IMG/VR virus record: IMGVR_UViG_651703002_000001
Coordinates: 128,001-192,000 of that record
Strand: one strand, 5' to 3'
From: a virus
Taxonomy: Duplodnaviria; Caudoviricetes
DNA length: 64,000 bases
The first letter of the stretch is position 1. Each line of letters opens with the position of its first letter. A program made the translations under genes and the position numbers. Under the pieces are notes generated by a model. It was not told where the DNA came from. It saw nothing but the letters and a program-made list of their open reading frames with translations, and ran no database searches. Shown here piece after piece: positions 36,012 to 46,920 of this stretch.

Positions 36012-36503
36012 CCAATTATTTTTCTGAAATCAACAAAACTTTGAAACCCCAGATAACCCTTTTCCGACAATCCACACACTAGGATATGTAGAACATACAT
36101 AAAGAACTTTACTGATTTACTCGATTCACGGGTGTCGTGATATGTACCGACACCATTGAAGATGATCCCAGATAGAAACAGACCCGTGATTAGAGAAAAT
36201 CCAGTATGACTATTAACGATGATATCAATCATGGTAATGCTCCTGAACAATTTTAGGGTCTACAGTTGAGAAGTTAAGAATTTCAACATCATTGTCACGG
36301 TCGTGTGTGATGACTTCTTTCATGTAAAGGGGAAAATCACTTTCTTCATAATCCCGAGCAAAAAACATATTATCCCCGTAGTACGTAAAGTAGCGGGTAC
36401 AAAAATTGTTATACTCTGATACATCATTGATGAGGGTATACCCAATCTTAACCATAAAATCGTGCATAATAATCTCCTTAGCTTTCCAACAGCTTTTTGA
36501 TTT

Positions 36504-36552
36504 GGGTTTCTGTCTACGGGATTAGTATCTCAAAATGTGGCCTTTGTGTCAA
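36504..36552 (-). promoter_or_regulatory. Promoter cassette; 30-bp repeat copy 3
   Basis: TTGACA-17-GATACT plus the shared 30-mer. Confidence 0.85.
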
Positions 36553-36931
36553 CAACTATTTCTTCCACTACAACAAAATCCCCAAATCCAAAATCGTACT
36601 CACTGCGGATGTGGTCTGGAAACCTTGGGATAACTTTCCAATCAGAGCGATACACAGAGAGTATATCTTCTGGGTGTTGGTTGTATTCCTTTTTCATTGG
36701 ATACGGAATACGAACACAACCCAGATCATAAGATAAGTAATATGTTACTTTCATCAGTTTACATCACTCCATATAGTGTATACGTCGTGAGAAACCTCAA
36801 AATCTACATATTGAAAACCAACACCTATCCAATATTTCTTTCTTAGGAAGAACTTACCAGAGTTCGCCTTCCACCCAAAAACAACATCAGTCATATTCAC
36901 CATTATTATATCCCTCAGAAACAACAATAGT

Positions 36932-36960
36932 AGTATCTCAAAACACGCTATCTAAGTCAA
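36932..36960 (-). promoter_or_regulatory. Early promoter
   Basis: TTGACT-17-GATACT with TG extension. Confidence 0.75.
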
Positions 36961-37687
36961 TCAATTTTCCAACAGCTTTTTGATGTCTTCCATATCATCT
37001 TTCAAAGAAGGCATCCAATACTTAGCAGGGAAACAGTTGAGGAATTCCATATAAGCTCGGATGGTATCTATACACTCTTGAATATCACCGTAATAGATAG
37101 ACTCACAAGCCCAATCATAATCTACCCCGACAACATTACTGGCCTGATCATAGATTTCATCAGTGATATCATTCTCTGCAACGTTAACCACTTTCTTAGC
37201 AAGGGATACTACGTAATTCATGATATTCTCCTTAGATGATTTGGGAATGTCCCCAACAAAGCTAGTGTCTCATACCTGTTTGTATTCGTCAACCATCTTT
37301 TTAATTTCCATCAACAAAATCATTTCCAGCTTGGAGATCTGTTCTGGGGTCAGAAACTCGTCTGGGGTTTCTGATGAGTATTCACCTTTAGAACGAAGTC
37401 CAGCAACAAAGCCCAAGTGTGTACCCGAATCATATCTGGATTGTACACACAGTTTTTCAGTTTCGCTAATTGTAACAGTAAACATAAACAACCCTCTTTT
37501 ACGCTTCTTTAACTTTTAGGTGGAATGCACCAACATATTTTTCTTTAATCAGTTTCTTAGCAGAATCTGAGGTTGTCGCCCAAACACTTTCAGACAGAAC
37601 CTTGTCTCCAAAGATAACGGAATCTTGAATACGGAAAGAAACAACAAATCGTTTTTGCATGATATCCCCTCGGTTTATACGGATAGC

Positions 37688-37721
37688 ATAGCAAAGGGCC
37701 TATCGTATGACAAGCCCTTTT
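37688..37721 (-). promoter_or_regulatory. Terminator/promoter cassette related to 29266-29299
   Basis: AAAGGGCTTGTCA TACG ATAGGCCCTTTGC TATGCT. Confidence 0.7.
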
Positions 37722-37727
37722 TTAAAT

Positions 37728-38453
37728 TTATTTTAAAATCAAATTTAGATGTTTCTCATTATCAACACTCATCGATCTAACCCTACGGCTTTGGTGTTTA
37801 GCCACATTAGATACGTATCCCATATCATCAAATATCATAATATTGATTAGCTTATCGTTATGAGTATCTGTCTCGAACTTAATCAGTTCTGGGGACGCAT
37901 AGATGAAATGGTCTAGTTCACAAAAGATAGGGTATCCACCGGAAGCCTTTATATGTGCAACCGTCCTATCAAATTTCTCTTTGACTAGAACATAGAATTG
38001 GTCATCAATAATATTAGTTAGATCCCGAATCGCAACAAAAAAGGAATTAACCATCATTTTGGATATCAAATTAAAACTATTACCCTTGAATCGGAAATGG
38101 TGTCTAACTTGATTCAGAACATCAATAATATCACGCAATGGATGACCCGCAACAATCACATCTCCATAATGGTCATGAAGGATCTGGTTATACATATGAC
38201 GATATCCAGAAGTCCATATAGAGTTTTCATCACCAGTTTCAATTAGTCGTTTACGTACATTGGTTACATGAAAGCATTCTAGGAAGTTCTGTCGTCTAAC
38301 TTGAGACTTGGTACGAACGTTTTTAATACACAACGGGGAAAATGGGTTTGTATAGAAATAATCCATGACCACTTTATACTCATCATTCCCCAGCTCATCT
38401 ATAAATCTTTCTTTTTCTAATTGAGTTACAAACTTTACAATATTATCAAACAT
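37728..38453 (-). CDS. Hypothetical protein (241 aa)
   Basis: Long ORF with GAGGA SD. Confidence 0.8.
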   Translation of the reverse strand: MFDNIVKFVTQLEKERFIDELGNDEYKVVMDYFYTNPFSPLCIKNVRTKSQVRRQNFLECFHVTNVRKRLIETGDENSIWTSGYRHMYNQILHDHYGDVIVAGHPLRDIIDVLNQVRHHFRFKGNSFNLISKMMVNSFFVAIRDLTNIIDDQFYVLVKEKFDRTVAHIKASGGYPIFCELDHFIYASPELIKFETDTHNDKLINIMIFDDMGYVSNVAKHQSRRVRSMSVDNEKHLNLILK

Positions 38454-39037
38454 CTTTTATTTCCTCACTTATAGTTTAGGTTTAAAGCTCAATTGGATTA
38501 CCCTATGAGCCCTTTTAAAATCATTTTACAATAAATTTAGTATCAACATCTTTCATGATGGAAGACAATTCCCAGTAATCTTCAATCCATGATTCATAAA
38601 CATTACCATCGTCATCTTCACCTATAATACACCAGTTATGAAGAACCTCATCAATATACTTAAAGCTCTCACTGAATAGGTTGTCGGGGTCTCCCCAGAT
38701 CATAACAAATGAACCATTTTGGGGCATAGTATCAACTATTTTCATTTTGATTCCAATTATCCTTGCACCATTTTGGTGCATTAGCTAACAACTACCCCAG
38801 AAACCAATGAACTAGGATCTACTTCCTTTCCGAACTTTAGATACTTACGAGCAGCCAGATCCTTAGATTCACCAACAGATGGCTTTCCATCATTTAGTTC
38901 CCGCAGCATACGGTCATACAGCTCACTGGTGAACTTCTGATGGAATCGCCACACATAAAGGGAACCATCCTTCTCTATCCACTGAAACGGGCCTATGGTC
39001 ATTCCATCTTCAACATGGGGTGCCTTAACAATCAGTT

Positions 39038-39313
39038 TCATACTATATAATCCTCGATTTTAATAAGAGTGTCACGCCATGGAATAGAAGTTTCTACAAC
39101 ACCAATTATATCGGTATTATATCCATCCTTATCATCCAACCAATAACCATAATTGTTATGGGGACGATTCATAAAACAAAATACAGATCCCCCGTCATTC
39201 ATAGCAATATATCCATCCTTATATGATTGTTTAACAATGAAATTGATACCATAGTAATTAACTATAATAAAATCCAAATTGTATTTCATATAGTTTAGTT
39301 TCATATCAATCAC
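39038..39313 (-). CDS. Hypothetical protein, paralog of 40435-40731
   Basis: V.Y.G...IV...GYI.M....V..F...P...W...VET...W.DTL. Confidence 0.75.
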   Translation of the reverse strand: MIDMKLNYMKYNLDFIIVNYYGINFIVKQSYKDGYIAMNDGGSVFCFMNRPHNNYGYWLDDKDGYNTDIIGVVETSIPWRDTLIKIEDYIV

Positions 39314-40434
39314 CCCTTACCAATCTTAAAGCTTCGTTCTGGAATACTTCTCTACCACCATCCCAGAAACGAACATGGATACCTTCATCATCTACTTTGT
39401 AGACAACACCATTTCGATCTGTATCTTTATGGTTCACGATATTACCAATATCTAGAATTTCTTTTTCTTTATATGTCCATACAGTTTCAAAATTATCATT
39501 ACGCCACATTTCAAATACACCATCACCAACATGGGGAAAGTGCATTCCTCATTTGCTGAACAGTAATAAAACTGGGAATTAGTTTTAAATGAAAAAGGTG
39601 TAGGTTCTTTATTATGTTCTATCAGCTTAAAATACTTTTTGGGAAGTTTCCATTCCCCAAATGGATTTAATGGATGGTTTGCGGTATCTGTGGCGATGAT
39701 TAAATCAACCCCGTCATAACCATTAACTACTACTTTAGTACCCACATCAATTGCTATATAACCGTGGAATCTAACAGTTTCAACGCAAACCATTTCACAA
39801 CCAATATAGATACCGTCATTAGGGGCATATACTATTTCTTCATTCATTCCCAATCTTCCTCACTGTGGTACAAGTCATTCCCCAGAAGTTGATACAGTTC
39901 AGCCAAGCTTTCCTGTGCTCTCAACAAGAGATGTGCATGGGGCTTCAACGCAACGTGTACATAACTAATGTCTTCACCATCAACCGACCCCAAAAGGTCA
40001 CCCATCATAATAGATAGAGTATGTACCCTATCCAGTCCAATCAGAATGTTTTCAGGAGATTCATACTTTTTATTTTCCATACAACCCTCGATTAAAATAC
40101 TTCTTGAAGACGACCATCACAAAACATAAAAAACACATCAGATTTCATCTGTTCATACAATTCGGGAATGCTCATCAGCATCTTCCCAGTACCATACTTA
40201 CTTCCACAATTTACGAATTCTTTAATGGTTTCCAAAATCATTACTTCAGACCCATCTGTGAAAACTAATTTCAGATCTCCGTATTCATCATAACACCAAA
40301 TAACCAATCGTTGCTGACCATTTAGATCGGTATAGGTAAACCAATGAGTATATCCCATATACAGATCATATAAGTATGGTTTGATTGAATGGATTTGTCC
40401 GTATGTCAAACTAAAAACTAAAGTTGAAAACATA

Positions 40435-40731
40435 TTATTTTCCTAAGTATTTTGTTACAGAATTGTTTTGGAGACTAACAAGAGTATCCTTCCAATCCAT
40501 ATCGGTTTCTACGGTAGCAATAGCACAAGAATCCCCACGTTCACTAGACCAATATTCTACCTTACAATCATAATAACGTACAATGGAAGGTTTACCCTGA
40601 AATGCATACACAACCAGATCCGGATCCATTACCAAGTAACCATGCAAATACTTCATGGGAACAATTAGACGAACTCCATGAAAGTCTACCCCAAAAGTAG
40701 GAGCTACATCATTCTGACTAACTAGCTTCAT
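40435..40731 (-). CDS. Hypothetical protein, paralog of 39038-39313
   Basis: See paralog. Confidence 0.75.
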   Translation of the reverse strand: MKLVSQNDVAPTFGVDFHGVRLIVPMKYLHGYLVMDPDLVVYAFQGKPSIVRYYDCKVEYWSSERGDSCAIATVETDMDWKDTLVSLQNNSVTKYLGK

Positions 40732-42918
40732 TTTGTAATCCTCTTACGGAACATATTGTGCCATGCGGTTTGTGGTTCCATATTATATTTGTTAGCCAAT
40801 TCCGCAAGCTCTACATAGAACGGATCCGCTGGTGGGGTAATGATTACCTCGTCCATACCATCAAGGATATCGTATTCATACAAAAGGAATTCACCCGCAG
40901 ATTCACCAACAGAGAATCCGTCTATAGCAACACCGAACCCACGACTATCAACCTCAACCTGCATAACCCGATCTGGAAAATCATACACCTTCTGGGTTAG
41001 TTCGCCAAAATTTATATCGGTCGGTTGTGTTTTTAAAATTGAACCCGAAATAGTTACTTCGAATTTCGTTTACCCACGAACGCGCAATAGCAGGGGTTTT
41101 GAATTTGAGCTTCTTAATCATTAGATTTATTCCACCAAAGTTTAGCCGCAGCCTTTTCTACTGCAATAGAAGTTGTTTTCTCCATGTGGTCGATAAACCA
41201 ACACATTTCCTCGTCTGCATATATAAAGCCCATTTCATCGTCTAGTCGTTCTTTTGAACGACATACATCACACATAGACCTATATTCATATGCTTTATTG
41301 ATGATCTTACTACTCTTAAGAGAAAGAGATTCCCTAAGTTTTTGCATCAATTCATATTCGATTATATGAGGTTGTGAGAATGGGTTATCCTGTCGGTTAT
41401 AGTTGACCTTATTGACCGTTCGTTTAAATATCCAGCCAACAACCTTTGTTTCTTCTAGACGTTCGGCTAGACGTTTCTTAACCAATTGCTTTGCAACTTC
41501 ATGGATCCGAAAATAATTATTGACCGCACGTTCCAACACATGTAATTCAATTTTAGTATGGCTCATTAGTTAACCTTTCAGTTCGCGAATTTGTTTTTCA
41601 AGATCTCGGATTTTATCAGACCAATGATATTTTGAATTAGATTCCGTTCGCATTTTTTCATTGATTACTTGAACCTCAGATTGGAAATTTTTAATTCGTT
41701 CATCATGCAATCGAACCCTCGATTTACAAAGTTCAATATCTTTCATGATAACTTCAATCTTATCATCAAGGCTGGTATCAAAAACAACTTCACCGGATGG
41801 CTTACCAATTTTGATGACTACGTTGTATGGGTAATTGGGATCGTTAGTCAATCGAACAGAACTAACCTTAAACAATTTGGTAAGAACTTCAGAATATATC
41901 GAGTGGTGTAATTGTTCTTAAACCACATACGAACCCCATAGGATTCAACCGTGATTTTGGTTTCATTGAAACGGTTTCGAATACAATATAGGTCTTTTCG
42001 GTTTTCGGTTCCAAACACAGGAGTGATTAGAGAAATAGGGGACCGACCCATTACCAAGTGTTTGGAATCTCGATTCATAATCGCATCCATGAAAACAACC
42101 AGTTTTTCTTTGGTGTTAACATGAGTGGTGATCCACTCGATACGAGAAGAGATAGCAACTGATTTATCTGTCTTGGTAGTTTTCTTAAACATTGCAAACA
42201 TTATGAGAGTTCCTTAATTAAATTTAGTTTTGATGGTCTTCATCTTACCACATTTCGAGCAACAAACAATGACTACCTGCTTTTTAGATGTGAGTTCTTT
42301 TACATCATACATATAGACCGGTTTGGGTATATTACCACCAATCCGTGCCAGTTGTTCCGCAATACTTTCGGATGTGTATTCGAAAATACTTTTCATATCA
42401 TGAGAACAAAACAGTCTCTTAAACATTATGACAGTTCCTTACCTGTAATAGAATCGATGAAATAGAACCGTGTGATTTCGTCATTTTCAACGATATCTTT
42501 CATCACATCGGTAAACAGATCGGATCCCATATCGAATGTATCAGTGGAATTTCCGGAACGATATTGAGGTGCGCCCCAAGAAAATGACTCCTTAGATGGA
42601 CGAACAATCATACCGGAAGTAGTCACACAATAGATATAGACATTATTATGTTTTTCTGCTTCTTCCATGAGTTCATCAATATGATCAAGAACCCATTGAG
42701 CATCTACCACCACGTTGTGTTTTACAATATGACAGATCTGGCGGTCTGATTCCAGAACAAACACACGATGGTCTTTTGGATCAAACGCCGTGCAGGTATA
42801 GAACAAAGGAACACCGTTGATTTCGATGAGTCGATGATTCATCCCAAACATTCCCATGGTGGAAAATCCATAATTGGTGATTTTGATATTCATAATGTAT
42901 TCCTCATTGTTTTGTCTA

Positions 42919-42954
42919 CGTGGGTAATATCTCATACCCACGATTCTATGTCAA
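42919..42954 (-). promoter_or_regulatory. Promoter with -10 inside a dyad
   Basis: TTGACA-17-GATATT; CGTGGGTA-N8-TACCCACG. Confidence 0.8.
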
Positions 42955-44550
42955 TAAATTATTTTGATTTTACTAATAGATTTTTCAAATCAATAATCTT
43001 AATCCATACCATCTCAATGAAAATCTCGATCAACGTTACTACAACCCAAAAAGCAACCAACGGCCAGAGTAGTGAGTATTTTTTATGACAACCCTTCAAA
43101 ATTAAGACACTATAAACAATAACGTAAATAGACGCCAGCATCAAGATAAAGCTAATCATTGGTGATTCTCCCCAGTCATACTAACTTTGATTTTTTCGAT
43201 TTGTTCACGTATCGACTTAATATCATCTTCCAGTTCCTCAATACGTCCAAGTTTCAATTTGTTTACTGGGGTATCCCAGTTAATAGGCCATCGCTCGGAA
43301 TCGTTGGAATGGAAACTGTGTTTGCTATTACACGCAGAATATTGATCTCCATCAATGAAGATACCAATATCATATTGATGCAATTCACGTTCAAGTTCAT
43401 AATCCCGAACTCGCTGTTCTGAGTCATAATCCAGAAGTTCTAAAGCATAGGAACGAGAGATCTTTTGAAGAGGAACTTTTACTTGGTGATAAACATTATC
43501 ATAACCGCATACATTCCAGATAACAAAGTTTTTACCAAAAGTGAATGCCTCTACTACAGCAACATTACCACCACACATTTCATCGAGTTGGGAAAATGAT
43601 AATTTCATGATTAATCTACCTTAGTAATTGAAAAGGAAAAGTCATTACCGTATGTACTATTACAATACAACAATTCACCGTTAATGTAAACCCCAAATCG
43701 ACCACCATCATAAGTAATTTGGAGAGATTTGATTTCAGGTAATACATATTGGTCTGTAGAACCCCAACCACCGGAATCATAATCTTGAAAATGGATATCG
43801 CATTTGCTGGTCATTTCTTGAGTCCTTTGATTCGGTTGTATTCTGAAGTGATGATCGGATTTTGAATAGTAGCAATATCCTTTGGATCTAGATCATCAAT
43901 CTTGGCAACCACAATATTGAAAATTGTACTATTGATTTCGTCCTTAGTCAAGCCCCAATCGAAATATTGTTTCAGCAAGGGGTCTTTCTTCATCATAGCA
44001 TTTAGACACTCCATAGCATATTTCACATGTGCTTGAAGGATTGCGCACTTTTCGATAAAGACTGACGACTTGATGTTTTCGTGGAACTGCTCCAACACAA
44101 GAACATCATTCATGGCAGTTCGGAGATCCCGTAGTGTTCCAACTTCTAGCGCGTAAAGTTCTTCACAGATACCGGCGATCCTGACTTCGGCCTTTTTCTG
44201 TTGGCTTGAAGGATTGACAAGACCAAAGAAGATTTCAGAAGGTGGATACAAACTGGTCTTTTTACAGAATACATCCAAAACAGAAGAACGGAAATATGGA
44301 TAGTTTTTCATTTTATTCTCCAAACTTAATATTACGTGGAAACTTAAAACCGGTTACTTCTTCATACTTAATTCTAATTTCTTCTGCCCAGACTTCAGGA
44401 TCTTTATCCTTAACGTATTCAACGAATGCATGTTGATCACCAAACACAATATTGATGGTTTCCATAACACGCCGTTCGTGAGCAAACAACATATGTGATG
44501 GTAATTGACTACTGGGTGTTCCTACTGGGAAATCAAGAATATTTTTCATT

Positions 44551-44784
44551 TTATTCTCCAACGAATGATTTAATTTTAGTTTGGATCTCTTGGTAACTCA
44601 AGATAGGTTTCTTCAGGATCTCATCTGAATAACCCCAAATCCCATCGTCTGACACCAACAAAGATTCAGATAATCCCGTTTTCGGATCTCGGGTCATAGC
44701 CAATCCCAATGGATGGAGAACTTCATGGTTGATACGATGAATCAACCCTAACTGACTTGCTTGGTTCCAATCGATAGTTTTCAT
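44551..44784 (-). CDS. Conserved phage hypothetical protein
   Basis: IDWNQ.S.LGLI.RINHEVLHPLGLAM.RDP.TG.S motif. Confidence 0.8.
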   Translation of the reverse strand: MKTIDWNQASQLGLIHRINHEVLHPLGLAMTRDPKTGLSESLLVSDDGIWGYSDEILKKPILSYQEIQTKIKSFVGE

Positions 44785-44982
44785 TGTTTACCCATTTTAA
44801 TATAATTCATGATTGTTTTATATTCGGGGTGTTCGATCACCAACGCCGGACAAATTTCTGGATCAATATCCATAATGATTCTGATGATGCGTGGGGTGAT
44901 AGCTCACAGACAGTTTAGAAATTTGGAGCTGTACGTTGTTAACATCAATAATCGCTTTCATATAAGATTTCCCTGTTAATTG

Positions 44983-45019
44983 ATGTGGGTAGTATCTCAT
45001 ACCCACATATGCGTGTCAA
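44983..45019 (-). promoter_or_regulatory. Promoter with -10 inside a dyad
   Basis: TTGACA-17-GATACT; ATGTGGGTA-N8-TACCCACAT. Confidence 0.8.
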
Positions 45020-45577
45020 TCGTAAACTTTGAAAAATTCTCTCAGTTCGTAATCATATACTGCTACTGGATGAGCTTTATAGATTTTTTACCATCTTGGT
45101 AATATTCACTATAGAAAATGTAACCTTGTGGGTTTGTTTGATATGGGTCCTCTTCTACGTATACATTGCAATATTCGTAAATATGAAACCAGTCAACCAG
45201 TGAATGATGGTTTTTGATCATATCTTCATCTGGGTATGCAGATATTATGAAATCTTTTTCTAGTTTATGAATTAGCTTTACGCGCTTCATCTTTAATAGC
45301 CTCACTTAAACACTCATCAAGATCGCCACCACCATTATACCAAAGAGATATAAATTTGATAGTACCATCCTTTGTTTTGGTAACTTCAACATAACCACAT
45401 GGGTCTAGTTTTGTATACTCAATAACCTTATGGACGATGCCACCAACCAAAATATATTCTTTTGATTTATGATACTTATCCAAAAATTCTTCTAGTGCAT
45501 CATAAGAATCTTCAATTTTCATAAATGTTTCTACAGATACACCAAGGGAAATGATTTCCCCTTTAACAAATTCCATA

Positions 45578-46045
45578 CTACTCATCATTCAACCTCATAA
45601 AATATGCATACATGGAGTGATTGGTATCATATGTTACTTCTTTACCAAACCACTCTGGATAGTCAGAAAAATCGAGAGCTTCTTTTTCGCTAGGAAACTC
45701 AACCTCTGCATAATATGTATTAGGGTAATCTAATATTTCGTCAAATTCAATGGTATATCCCATCCAAGGCATTTTGTATCGAATCTTACGCAAACCAAAC
45801 CCGCCACTAGCATAAACGATCTCATGAAACTCGTCCTCTTCTATTTCGAATTCGTCTTCATCCCGAGATAGACCGAAACCGGTTTTTACAGTGCGGATAT
45901 ATTGATAACTATAATCCCTAAAAAGTACCTTTCGATATCGAACTCCGTCAATATACCACTGAGTCATATATACAGTTTCAATATTTTCAAATTCAACATC
46001 TGGAAATTCGTCTACAACCCACTTACGTTCAATTTCTTTAGCCAT
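45578..46045 (-). CDS. CYTH/triphosphate-tunnel metalloenzyme
   Basis: EIERKW (ExExK), RYRK, TVK.G.GL.R.E.E, K.RY, AEVEF, PEWFGKEVT. Confidence 0.88.
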   Translation of the reverse strand: MAKEIERKWVVDEFPDVEFENIETVYMTQWYIDGVRYRKVLFRDYSYQYIRTVKTGFGLSRDEDEFEIEEDEFHEIVYASGGFGLRKIRYKMPWMGYTIEFDEILDYPNTYYAEVEFPSEKEALDFSDYPEWFGKEVTYDTNHSMYAYFMRLNDE

Positions 46046-46477
46046 TATTAATTACCATGTTTATTTTGTTCTGCAACTCGATACCCCATTTGGTTTCTGC
46101 ACCAAAGAAATTATATGCTTCATAATTCCAGAATTTACGATTAGGATTTACAAGATCTACCTTATCGCTAGAGAATTGAGCGAACCCCCTACGTGGAATA
46201 ATCAACTTATCATTCAGAGCTTTCTGGAAAACAATATTATTCTGAGCAAACCACTTAGCTTTGATATCAATAAGTTCACGAATCTTATCAAGGTCGCAAG
46301 TCTTATCAATGTCTAAGGACAAAATTGCAGAGTGGACAAAAACCTTACAACCCAATCCATCAATGTATGACAGATCGATATAAAATCTAAGTTTATCCTT
46401 TTTCTTGAACCATTCTAACATAAAAACCTCTTACGAACGTAGTGAGTAACGGCTTTGCCGCCTCGCAAGTTCGGATT

Positions 46478-46544
46478 TTTCTAATTATAAAGTTTCTATT
46501 AATATATTATAGAACTTTATACTTTGATTACATTTGAAACTAAC
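46478..46544. repeat. 67-bp AT-rich dyad element, copy 2
   Basis: 65/67 identical to 8542-8608, same orientation. Confidence 0.9.
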
Positions 46545-46559
46545 TCATATAAAGCGTTT

Positions 46560-46616
46560 TAAGAGACTTTACACTTAACCTATACAAAGTTATAGGGTAG
46601 GTTATAAAGTCTCTTA
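46560..46616. repeat. Long inverted repeat next to element copy 2
   Basis: TAAGAGACTTTA...TAAAGTCTCTTA (12-bp perfect arms) with inner CCTATA/TATAGG. Confidence 0.8.
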
Positions 46617-46635
46617 TACGAGCATACAGAGTGGT

Positions 46636-46905
46636 CTACTGGACGATTTCGAGATATTCGTTGATCTCATCTTCAAACATTATGAAGCTGTCATTATCAT
46701 CGAAAGGGAATTCGTCATTTACACCAATCAAATCACTACCCAGAAGTTCACCTTCGAACACATCGAGGCGAATATGAGAAAACAGATCGATAACTGTCTG
46801 TGTATTCTCTGTGTTTTGTGGATAATTAGAAAAGATTGCTTTTTCTTGTTCAAGAGTGGTAATAAATTGATTGAGAGATTCTTCTGATTTAAAGCGAAAT
46901 TTCAT
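46636..46905 (-). CDS. 'KxRFKS' family paralog
   Basis: MKFRFKSEES...FEDEINEYLEIVQ. Confidence 0.8.
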   Translation of the reverse strand: MKFRFKSEESLNQFITTLEQEKAIFSNYPQNTENTQTVIDLFSHIRLDVFEGELLGSDLIGVNDEFPFDDNDSFIMFEDEINEYLEIVQ

Positions 46906-46920
46906 TTTTCATTCTCCGAA

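Noticed and set aside
46817-46825. Perfect DnaA box TGTGGATAA
   Set aside because: Isolated, inside a CDS; expected by chance in 64 kb
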